Source: an uncultured virus (IMG/VR IMGVR_UViG_3300025773_000001)
Lineage: Duplodnaviria; Heunggongvirae; Uroviricota; Caudoviricetes
Direction: 5' to 3' (one strand)
Length of the DNA stretch: 64,000 nucleotides
Virus record (IMG/VR): IMGVR_UViG_3300025773_000001
Below the pieces are notes generated by a model. It saw only the letters and a program-made list of their open reading frames with translations. It was not told where the DNA came from and made no database searches. Position numbers and translations under genes: made by a program. Below, in pieces: positions 28,907 to 37,690 of this stretch (positions are counted from its first letter, which is position 1; each line of letters opens with the position of its first letter).

Positions 28907-29182
28907 TTAACGATAACTTACATCAGCATGCAAGTACATAAACATTTTAAAAGCTTCACGTACACGCATAAAATCAGGGCAAGAGGGTAGTAGATAGTTC
29001 ATGTTATTAGGTGCTGGCGCACTTAAAGCCCACGATGTTGACACGTTGCTGATATAGTTTGGTGTTCCTTGCTCTACAAGTTTATAACCCGCCGACTCCA
29101 TGAGCATCAACATCTCCTCGTCGCCAAGGTGTGCGAAGTCATCCTCATCGGGGAACTTAAAGTTTTGCTGAGACGATGACAT
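28907..29182 (-). CDS. small hypothetical protein with scaffold-like FKFPDE peptide
   Basis: 91 aa; FKFPDE also occurs at the N-terminus of the scaffold (50089). Confidence 0.6.
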   Translation of the reverse strand: MSSSQQNFKFPDEDDFAHLGDEEMLMLMESAGYKLVEQGTPNYISNVSTSWALSAPAPNNMNYLLPSCPDFMRVREAFKMFMYLHADVSYR

Positions 29183-29456
29183 CTGTTAACCTATCTGCAA
29201 ACGCATTGACGAAACGCTCATTGCTCTCTAAGTCGTGCCCCATATCTTTGAGGATAGCGTGTGTGACCTCATGCCAAAACGTATCAATGACCTCACGTTT
29301 GGGGTGCGCCTTAAGATCATACGAACTGTGCGTTGCTATCTGAACGAGTCGTTGGTTGTATTTAATCTGGCCCATCGAGTCTGTACCCGGTATGTGCTTG
29401 TGCACCTCAACCTTGTACGCGTGCTTGCCGATTGTGAATGTTTTTGGTATCTCCAT
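29157..29456 (-). CDS. small zincin-like metallopeptidase
   Basis: TFWHEVTHAIL (HExxH) followed by NERFV. Confidence 0.7.
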   Translation of the reverse strand: MEIPKTFTIGKHAYKVEVHKHIPGTDSMGQIKYNQRLVQIATHSSYDLKAHPKREVIDTFWHEVTHAILKDMGHDLESNERFVNAFADRLTDVIVSAKL

Positions 29457-29465
29457 ATGCTTCTC

Positions 29466-31436
29466 CTAGTTCTTTGCTAACCCATATCTACGGTGAACGC
29501 CACCGTCAGCGTTGAGGGGTATGCCCGGTAAATACCGTGGCTCCATAGTCATCTGCGCCAAGACCCAAGTCTTAGCGTCATTTGCTTCCTCATCCGGCAC
29601 AACGCAGATTAACTCGTCGTGCACAGTTCCCTTGACGGGGTATCTCTTTTGTACCCTGAGCATACCGTCCGTCATCACAATACGCGCAACACCTTGAATG
29701 ATGTTGTTCGTAATCTTACCCGCATACAGCTTAGTCGCATCCTCGCCGTACACCCAGTGTGTCTTCTTATCCTCGTCCTTGATCTGACGTAGATCAGGAT
29801 ACAAGAGCTTCATACCGTTGGGTAATTCTATCTCACCTTTGCGGAAAATTATACACTTATAAGACATCTCCTCGCCATTGATTAGACAACGCGCCATCAT
29901 CTCCTGACACATCTCCCAGAAACTTACTACTGGTTGAGCAGTACGTCTGTATATATCAATGATTGCTTTAGACGCCACGCAATGAATCAGCAGTTCACCA
30001 TCTGTACATGTGTGCGGGATGTCCGCCATCTTCTCTAGGTTTTCTTTGTTGTCCAAGAACTTCTCAACGTACTCTTTATCAACGCCTAACTTCTTTGCGA
30101 AATCTTTTGTGTATCTGACTGGCGGAGCACCAAGAAAGCCCACGAGTAACTGCGTAGCAAACGATGCCCAACCTAAACCATACCCGCAACCCAAGAGCGC
30201 GCTTTTCGCAGACTGCCGTAGATCGGGATGAGTTTCTTTAGTGAGTCCGGGTATGTTAAACATCTGAGCGCCGAACGAGGCGTAAGCGTCAGCACCGCTC
30301 CTGAAAATTTCGAGCATGTCTCCGTAATCCGAAAACCATGCGAGTACTCTCGGTTCAATCTGCGAGAGATCCCCGACGACAAGTTGATAACCTTCGGGCG
30401 CCATAATAGCTTTACGTAAGAACGACCCTCGTTTGAGGTTTTGCATATTGATAGCGGAGCCTTTGGACGCCGTCCAACGTCCCGACTTCGCTCCGTAGTA
30501 CGATAGCGGAACCGGTAATGCACCGCGTTGGCTGATATCGAGGAATCGTTGCGCTCGAGTTCTTTCAGTAGTCGACTTAACCTTAAGGCGAGCTTCACAA
30601 ACGAGGGCAACGTCTTCATTCTCCCCATTGAGAAGGGCTTGGAAATGTGCATCGTTTTTAGCAAGTGCAAGGGTTTGCTTATCCGTGGTTTTACTAATCT
30701 TTGTCGGAGGGTCAACTCCCAGTGATTTAAGTAAGTCTGCAAACTGCTTGTTCGAAGCGAGTGCAGTCTCATCCACGCCGAGCCTTTGTAGTAGTCCTTC
30801 ACGTTTATCCCTTTCATCTGTAAGCGCTTCAATCAGCATGCGTTTATCTAATTCCAACACAGGCTCCGTATACATACGAAGTGTCATGTCTATCAGTCGG
30901 AGTTCTTTAGTAGGGTAACCTTGTATAAACCGTCCGAAAATTTGTTCACATAGGTATACGTCGTGTTTGCAATATTCTGCCAACTCTCGCTCAATAGCGA
31001 TTTCACTAAGTTGTTCGAGTCCATCCGTTGAATGTACTGCCTTTCCCTTGGGAGGGAGTCCAAATGCTTCAGCCAATCTTGCAAGTGAGTTTCCAACTTC
31101 CACGCCACGTAGAGCGCGCGCCATTGATAAGGTGTCGAAGATAAAAGCGGGTTTGATTCCGTATTTCCACGAGATGATCGAGACGTCGAACTGTGCGTTG
31201 TGGGCAAGAATGGCAGTCTTTTTCCAGTCGTACGTAGATAAGATGCGTGGTAGTTCATCTCCTCTGTACCACTGGGTGACTTTGTCTGTTCCGTACTCAT
31301 GTATACAGGCTCCGAAAGCTTTGAATCGTGCATCTCTTATGTACTCCTCAGTTGTCATCTTCGATAGCGTGTACCCTTTACTGTCCCAACGTGTTTCGAA
31401 ATCAATCGTCAGGATTGTTTTGTATGGTGCGCTCAT
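29466..31436 (-). CDS. polA: DNA polymerase family A with 3'-5' exonuclease
   Basis: IDFET and AHNAQFD exonuclease motifs; DLSQIEPR (A), RQSAKSALLGCGYG (B), TVHDE (C). Confidence 0.92.
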   Translation of the reverse strand: MSAPYKTILTIDFETRWDSKGYTLSKMTTEEYIRDARFKAFGACIHEYGTDKVTQWYRGDELPRILSTYDWKKTAILAHNAQFDVSIISWKYGIKPAFIFDTLSMARALRGVEVGNSLARLAEAFGLPPKGKAVHSTDGLEQLSEIAIERELAEYCKHDVYLCEQIFGRFIQGYPTKELRLIDMTLRMYTEPVLELDKRMLIEALTDERDKREGLLQRLGVDETALASNKQFADLLKSLGVDPPTKISKTTDKQTLALAKNDAHFQALLNGENEDVALVCEARLKVKSTTERTRAQRFLDISQRGALPVPLSYYGAKSGRWTASKGSAINMQNLKRGSFLRKAIMAPEGYQLVVGDLSQIEPRVLAWFSDYGDMLEIFRSGADAYASFGAQMFNIPGLTKETHPDLRQSAKSALLGCGYGLGWASFATQLLVGFLGAPPVRYTKDFAKKLGVDKEYVEKFLDNKENLEKMADIPHTCTDGELLIHCVASKAIIDIYRRTAQPVVSFWEMCQEMMARCLINGEEMSYKCIIFRKGEIELPNGMKLLYPDLRQIKDEDKKTHWVYGEDATKLYAGKITNNIIQGVARIVMTDGMLRVQKRYPVKGTVHDELICVVPDEEANDAKTWVLAQMTMEPRYLPGIPLNADGGVHRRYGLAKN

Positions 31437-31675
31437 TTGTCGAGTTCCAATTGTTTATTAATCCACTCATCCAACTTCTCATGCAACCATTCAATATTGC
31501 GCTGACCAATGGATTTGTTGTTATCAGTCATCAATGGATCTGTTAAGGTTTGTTTAACAGCACCGCCTGCGCTGAACTTGATAAATTTATCCTCCTGATC
31601 TACCGATACGCCGATCACATCGTGCTGAACGTCTGACATACCAAACCTCGTTAATAAAATTTCATTCATTTTCAA
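31433..31675 (-). CDS. small hypothetical protein
   Basis: 80 aa in the co-oriented gene string; contains KFSAGGAV. Confidence 0.6.
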   Translation of the reverse strand: MKMNEILLTRFGMSDVQHDVIGVSVDQEDKFIKFSAGGAVKQTLTDPLMTDNNKSIGQRNIEWLHEKLDEWINKQLELDK

Positions 31676-31979
31676 TCCTTTCTACTTTTTGTCTCGTGCA
31701 CGCTTTGCCACAAGACTCTGAGTAATGGCGCTCGGTTACTGTATGGTTACCACACCTTGTAACGTAATGTGTGTTTTCAAATATCCATACCTCACAGTCT
31801 TCAAACTTGTAGGCAATCCTTGGTTTGTTCAACTCAGCCTTTTGCTCGGGCGTTGGACCAAATACTGCGTAAAGCGCCAAAATTATTGACCCTATTACTG
31901 TACCAAACAAAATAACAAAAAGCGTTGCCCCGCCAATAGGTACTACTATGTCTTCCCAAATTTCTTTTCTAGTCATCAT
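31662..31979 (-). CDS. membrane-anchored Cys-containing protein
   Basis: N-terminal TM segment; four Cys including CGKAC. Confidence 0.65.
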   Translation of the reverse strand: MMTRKEIWEDIVVPIGGATLFVILFGTVIGSIILALYAVFGPTPEQKAELNKPRIAYKFEDCEVWIFENTHYVTRCGNHTVTERHYSESCGKACTRQKVERIENE

Positions 31980-32130
31980 CTTCCTCCATAGCTTCGTTAA
32001 TTAACTGTTGTTTCACCAACTCCAAGCAACCAATTGCAGTTGCCATGTAAAGCGTCTCATCGTATTTGTGTATCACTTCTAGCAGTTCTTCAACAAGACC
32101 CTCTGCCAATTTGCCTTGATTAAGATTCAT
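31969..32130 (-). CDS. small hypothetical protein (53 aa, not in ORF track)
   Basis: MNLNQGKLAEGLVEELLEVIHKYD...AIGCLELVKQQLINE. Confidence 0.6.
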   Translation of the reverse strand: MNLNQGKLAEGLVEELLEVIHKYDETLYMATAIGCLELVKQQLINEAMEEDDD

Positions 32131-32260
32131 AAGCTAATCCTATAGCAAGACCAAGCCATGCAAGCTCAATCCAAAAGTCATCCTCAATACTGAACGCTAA
32201 TGCGGGCCATACGAAAACAGCACTTTGACTAAAGCGTGTATAAATTACCATGCGCTACTC

Positions 32261-32545
32261 CTAGTTAAACATCTCCTTGGGGGGCGCGTCCTTCATCAAG
32301 TTCTCTTGTGCATAGTCGTTACCAAACCGAAGTAGCTCCGCCGCAAACATGGAGTTCGCATTAGCAGAGGCAAGTGCAATCGAACCGTCGTTGCCATCTG
32401 AGAATACTATGACTGCGCTGAACGGACTGTCCTTGCCGTAGCACGCGATAAGTTTGGTAGTGATGAACTGCAAGTGTTTCTTCTCATCGTCATCCATACC
32501 GCCCACAATTTTTTCTACAAAGTCTTTATAGTTATCTGATTTCAT
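32261..32545 (-). CDS. hypothetical protein
   Basis: 94 aa with GAGGT SD. Confidence 0.65.
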   Translation of the reverse strand: MKSDNYKDFVEKIVGGMDDDEKKHLQFITTKLIACYGKDSPFSAVIVFSDGNDGSIALASANANSMFAAELLRFGNDYAQENLMKDAPPKEMFN

Positions 32546-32825
32546 TTAATACCTCCTCTAGTTGATCAATATTCTTATCATTGATAATAAACGCTTCACC
32601 TCCGGCTTGCATAATTTTGCCAAGCTGATGCCCTTGTAATGCTGTTACTTTACCTTTACCTGCCTTTGCTTCAATAGCAATGAACTTACCTTTGTAGCAC
32701 ACCAGAAAATCCGGCGTGCCCGCATTACCAAACCCACTACCAATTGGCATTGAATAGTAGGCGCCTACTCGGTCTAGGATTGCCCTGATTTGTTTCTTGA
32801 CCTTAGCCTCTGGCGTCATTCCCAT
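32532..32825 (-). CDS. VRR-NUC-type nuclease / Holliday junction resolvase-like
   Basis: TPEAKVK, GTPDFL, AIEAKA and TALQ motifs. Confidence 0.85.
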   Translation of the reverse strand: MGMTPEAKVKKQIRAILDRVGAYYSMPIGSGFGNAGTPDFLVCYKGKFIAIEAKAGKGKVTALQGHQLGKIMQAGGEAFIINDKNIDQLEEVLNEIR

Positions 32826-32856
32826 TAGAAAGTTGCCTCCTCTAATTTTGTTGTAT

Positions 32857-33066
32857 CTACTTTCTTACGCTTAACTCGTTTTGGTTCTTGAGTAAGGAGC
32901 CTCGTGGGGAAAGGCCAAGTTGAATTTTTTCTGACCTGATCTGTCTGTTTATGTAATTTCTTAACCATTCTATTCCTCCTATTGCATTAAACATTTCTTT
33001 CTGTTCTTTGCTCATGCGTATGCTGACATACACACCGCCTGTAATTTCACTTTTGGGTCGAGGCAT
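32857..33066 (-). CDS. ribbon-helix-helix-like DNA-binding protein
   Basis: MPRPK...VSIRMS...GGIEWLR. Confidence 0.6.
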   Translation of the reverse strand: MPRPKSEITGGVYVSIRMSKEQKEMFNAIGGIEWLRNYINRQIRSEKIQLGLSPRGSLLKNQNELSVRK

Positions 33067-33375
33067 TTAACACCTCCCGTCCATGTCAACAGTTTTGGCT
33101 TTGTACTGACGTATTGCTTCCATCTTGGCGTAGAACTTCTGCACATGTACAAGCGCATCGCCGTAACGCCCACTGTCCACATCATCACACACCACCCACG
33201 CCTCATCTATTGCGTCTTTGTATAATGCAAGTTCTGCTAGTGCGTCGCCCAGTTGTAAATCTATTTCTCTTGTTTGTTCATCCATTTGTTTGCTCCTAAA
33301 AATTAAATCAAAGTTGTCTGCAAATTTATTGTAGTCTGTTGGTCTTTGCGTTGATCCTTTACCACTATCACTCAT
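33067..33375 (-). CDS. hypothetical protein
   Basis: GKGSTQRP...FADNFDLIF N-terminus; an internal SD+ATG (MDEQ) may give a second product. Confidence 0.55.
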   Translation of the reverse strand: MSDSGKGSTQRPTDYNKFADNFDLIFRSKQMDEQTREIDLQLGDALAELALYKDAIDEAWVVCDDVDSGRYGDALVHVQKFYAKMEAIRQYKAKTVDMDGRC

Positions 33376-33477
33376 CGTAACCCCCTAGTATCATAACTAC
33401 AAAACAAAACACCGCCGTTATCCACACAGACGCTAAACCAAGTATAGCAATTAACAATAGTATATCTAGTATGTCAT

Positions 33478-33951
33478 TCATTTCTTACTCCTTGGGTGTG
33501 ATATGTTTTCCAAAAATACTCCAGAATCTTCCTTTGCTACAACTCTCCTAAGCGCGTTGTTAATTTGAGTGTTGTGCTTTGTCAACCACGTGGCACTAAA
33601 ACCTTTACCAAAAGATCCGTATATTGCTTCGTGAAAAGCTTTAAGTTGTGTGTCGCAATACTCAGTTAGTGCATCCTCTTTTAAGTACTTGGCGCCTTCA
33701 TTATCTAACACCATAACTTCAAGACCTTTTAAAAATCTATAACGACTCTGATCTGCACTTGCTTCTTCCCATCCTTTTTTGTAGTTCTCAGCAACCTCTG
33801 AGACTGACTCTACACGTTTACTTAAAAAAGCTTTCTCTTGTTCTGACTCAGCTAATGCTTTCTCTAGTTTTGCAATTCTTTCCTGCACTTGTTGGTGCTG
33901 TATTTTCTCAAGCGGTCGTTGCTTGTACTTTGCTTTTGTTTTCATTTGCAC
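33478..33951 (-). CDS. coiled-coil hypothetical protein
   Basis: 157 aa; D..RYRFL motif; AAGGAG SD. Confidence 0.65.
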   Translation of the reverse strand: MQMKTKAKYKQRPLEKIQHQQVQERIAKLEKALAESEQEKAFLSKRVESVSEVAENYKKGWEEASADQSRYRFLKGLEVMVLDNEGAKYLKEDALTEYCDTQLKAFHEAIYGSFGKGFSATWLTKHNTQINNALRRVVAKEDSGVFLENISHPRSKK

Positions 33952-33959
33952 TCCTTAAA

Positions 33960-34120
33960 AATGGTGAGGGGGATAAATAGATTCCACGCCCCCTCGGTTC
34001 GCGGTGCAGGAGGTTCGGTAGGCCCAAAATACTTAAGCATCGGGGAAGCCTACCGAATCAGTTTAATGGGTTCACATCTATTAGGCTCCGCCATTATTAG
34101 CAACTGTGAAACACCCCGAT
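33960..34120 (-). ncRNA. candidate structured intergenic RNA
   Basis: Several 6-10 bp complementary pairs, some crossing; see findings. Confidence 0.4.
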
Positions 34121-34121
34121 A

Positions 34122-34622
34122 CTAGTTCGAAAAGATTTGTTTAAGCTCAGTATACAACTGTTTGGCTTGCACGATTGACAATGTGTCTAATATTTTACTT
34201 GGTGTCCACGCATCTTCAATGATCGCTTGGATTGCGTCGGGCACTTTAGGTTTGCTAGGCTTGTGGATAACTTTTCCTATTTTGTTTTTCATAGATTTTA
34301 TTTTGACTGGCTTATATTCTTGAGTCAAAGCAGTGAGTCTCCCATCAACACGTTGTACGTAACCTGAACGGATAAACTGCGTAATTAAAGATGAGACTGA
34401 GTTTTCTTTAAACCCCCGAGAACCTAATTCAAACAAGATTTCTTTCTGTGTTAAGTTAGGATTGTCGCGGATGAAGTGGAATGTTGCACGACTCGCGTTG
34501 TTGGTTGGTTTGAACATGTGTTTAGGCATTTGTTTCTCCTTGTCTATGCGTTGTTGATCTTTGTCCCATTCGTTTGCATCTTTCTCAAGAGCTTTTTTAA
34601 GTGCATCCTGTAATGTTGTCAT
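34122..34622 (-). CDS. winged-helix DNA-binding protein
   Basis: FIRDNPNLTQKEI...SVSSLITQFIRSGYV; start MTTLQ after a GGAGA SD. Confidence 0.7.
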   Translation of the reverse strand: MTTLQDALKKALEKDANEWDKDQQRIDKEKQMPKHMFKPTNNASRATFHFIRDNPNLTQKEILFELGSRGFKENSVSSLITQFIRSGYVQRVDGRLTALTQEYKPVKIKSMKNKIGKVIHKPSKPKVPDAIQAIIEDAWTPSKILDTLSIVQAKQLYTELKQIFSN

Positions 34623-34623
34623 G

Positions 34624-34830
34624 TTAGTTTCTCCTTGCAAGTAGTCCTAATATTGCGTAAAGGCATGTGCCCCACATAGTTGCGATGATAACCGTATCGG
34701 TAGTCCACGATGACTCGACACCTAGCAGTGCTTTCTGCACCCAGTCTTGGTCGTGGTTGTAGTAGTTGTGTTTCGGTTCGTAGTAAATACCGATCTTGAT
34801 CTTGCCCGTGTCGTATGGTGTTACTTTCAT
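34624..34830 (-). CDS. small membrane protein
   Basis: TPYDTGKIKIG N-terminus and C-terminal TM segment. Confidence 0.6.
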   Translation of the reverse strand: MKVTPYDTGKIKIGIYYEPKHNYYNHDQDWVQKALLGVESSWTTDTVIIATMWGTCLYAILGLLARRN

Positions 34831-35178
34831 TTACTTTCTCCTATCAAATTGTTCTGCAAGTTTGTGCAGTTCCGCTAACACATAGTCAACTGTTCTATAA
34901 ACCTCATAGCTCAAACGGTGGCGAGGAGTAAGACCGGGTTGAAAGTCTCCCGCATGTGCACAGTCAAACCCAAATTTCCCACTCTCGGAAAACGTTAAGC
35001 CACCGTGCACATCTACACCAATCTCATCATACGTCTTACCGTAATCAGGATGCGACTCAGGCAAATAGATGTACCCACACAAATGCTCAAACTGTTCATG
35101 CCGTTGGATCTCAATCACATAGCCGAGGTGTTCGGTCAGCAAATGATGGGGTTCGGACTCCCAAGGTTTGTCGTGCAT
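34831..35178 (-). CDS. conserved phage hypothetical protein
   Basis: HLCGY, VHGGLTF and GFDCAHAGD motifs. Confidence 0.75.
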   Translation of the reverse strand: MHDKPWESEPHHLLTEHLGYVIEIQRHEQFEHLCGYIYLPESHPDYGKTYDEIGVDVHGGLTFSESGKFGFDCAHAGDFQPGLTPRHRLSYEVYRTVDYVLAELHKLAEQFDRRK

Positions 35179-35180
35179 TG

Positions 35181-35387
35181 TTATCTCCTATAAAGTGAAG
35201 AAAGATAGCGTCTATCTTCAGCAGTTAATTTTTCAAGAAGATCCCACAATTCATCCTCGTACATTAGAGAGATTAAATAGAAAGTCATTGCATAAGTAAA
35301 ATCCTTTGCTTCAATGTTTGTTTGCATCCGATGTTGTGCTATCCAATACGCTTGTTGCAAATTAAGATAAAGTTTTATATTTGACAT
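35181..35387 (-). CDS. hypothetical protein
   Basis: Start moved to MSNIK after a GGAGG SD. Confidence 0.55.
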   Translation of the reverse strand: MSNIKLYLNLQQAYWIAQHRMQTNIEAKDFTYAMTFYLISLMYEDELWDLLEKLTAEDRRYLSSLYRR

Positions 35388-35397
35388 TCCTACCTCC

Positions 35398-36273
35398 TTA
35401 GAAACTAAACTTATCAAGGATCGCATCCACCGCTTTCTTGGTGTCTTGACGAACCGCCTCGTTCTTGCGTAACTCGTTGGCATCTTTATGCAACAGCGCT
35501 TGCTCAAGGGATTGACGTGCCTCCTCCAACGCCTTGTCACCCGTCACATTCAGTGCTTTAGTAAGATCGCACAACTCCAACGCACCATCCACAAGGGAGT
35601 CATGGAACCTACGTTGCTTTGCCTCACCACCCACATAGTCAGTTGTCAGTCTGTCAGACATACGCTTGAGGTGATCGCCTAGCCTACGCTTGATGTCCGC
35701 CATCGCATTGTCTACACGCTCTTGTGCCACACGTTCTAATTGTTCTTGTAGATACTTCTGTGCATCGTTGCCCACATCCACACGGAAGTCACCACTCGCG
35801 GGCATAGGCATGTAGTTAACTCTGAACGCAAACTTAGTCATGATCTCATTGGCAGTTGGATAGTCATCACGCTTAAACATATCCCCTAGCGCCATAGCCT
35901 GCGCCGTAATGAGCGTGGGGTAGATCTGCACGAAGTCTTGTACGAGCTTAGTGAAGTCAGCCTCGAAGTCAGCCATCTTCTCACAGAACTTAATGAAGTT
36001 AACTGTCGGCAACATGCGTAGACCTGAGTCACTCCAAGGCAACGTGTTGTCGTATACGAACTGGCGGATCTTACCAACGTACTGCACAATGTCCGCTAAC
36101 TCGTCACGTCCTGCGAGTAAGTTCTTGTTAACACGAGCAGAGTCTTTAGCCCCCGCATTTTTATTGGACACGACCTCATCGGTCACGCCCCTGTCTAACT
36201 TGCGTGCAGTCCATACGCTTGCGTTGAACTCTACTAACATTGCACATGTATCTAGGTTGTATCTTATTGTCAT
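35398..36273 (-). CDS. helical protein associated with the AAA/vWA pair (DUF3150-like)
   Basis: WTARKLD, TLPWSDSG.R.LP and DYPT motifs; third gene of the triad. Confidence 0.65.
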   Translation of the reverse strand: MTIRYNLDTCAMLVEFNASVWTARKLDRGVTDEVVSNKNAGAKDSARVNKNLLAGRDELADIVQYVGKIRQFVYDNTLPWSDSGLRMLPTVNFIKFCEKMADFEADFTKLVQDFVQIYPTLITAQAMALGDMFKRDDYPTANEIMTKFAFRVNYMPMPASGDFRVDVGNDAQKYLQEQLERVAQERVDNAMADIKRRLGDHLKRMSDRLTTDYVGGEAKQRRFHDSLVDGALELCDLTKALNVTGDKALEEARQSLEQALLHKDANELRKNEAVRQDTKKAVDAILDKFSF

Positions 36274-36300
36274 GGTTGCTTCTCCTTTGTGGTTAAAAAA

Positions 36301-37488
36301 TTAAGATTGAATACGAACTACTTTGCCGTGTTGCGGTACGAACTCGGTGTTGTCAACGATACCCCATAGAGACGGGCATGGCACCGCCGGATCATCGCAG
36401 TACAAGTAACCGTCAGACAACCACAGTAATGCAGTAGGCTTGAGTTTCTTCTCCTCGATGTACTCGGTAACGCATGTCGGCGTAGTACCACCGCCACCCT
36501 TGGGTGACATAAGGTTTGCAATGCTGTCGTACTCATGAGGCTTGAACTCTTGATCACCGCACACCTCTGTGTCCCACCACATCACACGCACACCGTCAGG
36601 CTTAACGTCAGCACAGATCTTAGCGATCTCACCGAAGATCAAACTGTAGTAAGGGTGCATAGAACCTGATGTATCACACGCAATCGTCAACTCACCCATT
36701 GACTCGGTGAAGTGTGAAGGCATCACGAACCCACTCGCAAGCATACGCTTGTTGGGAGGACAGAACCTAGAGTTCTCATCGCCTGATGAGATAGTCTGAA
36801 TGAACTCACGCAACGCCTCACGCCAATCAGTCTGACGCTCACGTGCAGTCTCAAGGATGTCACGACCACCCGCACCATTGCCCGCCATCTTACGCACAAG
36901 CATCTCGCCTTGACGATTGGCATCGTCTACTTGCCTAGCGATTGCATCCTTGGGTACGCCGTCAATCTCCGTAGCGTTATCGCCGTCACCCTTATCGTGC
37001 GAGTCGATTGGTTGCAACTCAACAAAATTGGCATCCTTGAGCAACGCTTGCAAGATCTGAATGTAAGACATACCCTTGAACTGATCGTCAACAAGTGGCG
37101 GTACTTTTGTGGGGCGCTCAACGAACTTGAAGTCAGGGTCAAGCTCCTCGATCATGCCGTTGATACAGAAGTCCATAGCAATGTTGTTGATGTGTGCGCC
37201 AAACTTCTTATCGAGATCACGATACATCGGCAACACGCAATGCTTGAGCGCAACGTGAAAGTTCTCATGCAATACAAGATAACGCAACTGCTTGAGTGTG
37301 AAGTCAGAGATAAACTCTGCGCCGTAGTACTTGTCCTTGCCATTGGTACCGGCAGTTGGCACGCCGTCCTTGACCTCAGACTTACCCATACAGATAACGC
37401 CTGACAACAATGCGAACTTGGGATGTCGCATGCAGTCGATGTTGGCTTTCTGTATCTTTTGTTGTGGTGTTAATTTATCAAAGCTCAT
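36301..37488 (-). CDS. metallopeptidase-vWA domain protein (DUF2201-like)
   Basis: TAGTNG, LHENFH (HExxH), NIAMD..IN; vWA MIDAS DTSGSM, GGGGT, LSDG. Confidence 0.85.
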   Translation of the reverse strand: MSFDKLTPQQKIQKANIDCMRHPKFALLSGVICMGKSEVKDGVPTAGTNGKDKYYGAEFISDFTLKQLRYLVLHENFHVALKHCVLPMYRDLDKKFGAHINNIAMDFCINGMIEELDPDFKFVERPTKVPPLVDDQFKGMSYIQILQALLKDANFVELQPIDSHDKGDGDNATEIDGVPKDAIARQVDDANRQGEMLVRKMAGNGAGGRDILETARERQTDWREALREFIQTISSGDENSRFCPPNKRMLASGFVMPSHFTESMGELTIACDTSGSMHPYYSLIFGEIAKICADVKPDGVRVMWWDTEVCGDQEFKPHEYDSIANLMSPKGGGGTTPTCVTEYIEEKKLKPTALLWLSDGYLYCDDPAVPCPSLWGIVDNTEFVPQHGKVVRIQS

Positions 37489-37688
37489 AGTTCCTCCCTT
37501 GTTAATGAATAAAGCAATTCAATTCTGTTGTACACATCATCCAACTCCGCCTCGCTATCAACCTCAACCTCTGTGTTAGCGATGATCGCATGCTTGGCAA
37601 CGTCAATGATAGTGATGTACGCAATGATCTTACGTTTACCGTCACGCATCGTGACATTGAGCGAAGTCTGGAGATGTATACCTTTCAT
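37485..37688 (-). CDS. small hypothetical protein
   Basis: 67 aa lying between the AAA and vWA genes. Confidence 0.55.
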   Translation of the reverse strand: MKGIHLQTSLNVTMRDGKRKIIAYITIIDVAKHAIIANTEVEVDSEAELDDVYNRIELLYSLTREEL

Positions 37689-37690
37689 GA

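Noticed and set aside
30173..31461. Long alternative-frame ORFs overlapping polA (219, 146, 164 aa), and similar ones over the portal (48838-49518) and primase
   Set aside because: They lie wholly within well-supported genes and have no SD or recognisable motifs; treated as shadow ORFs.
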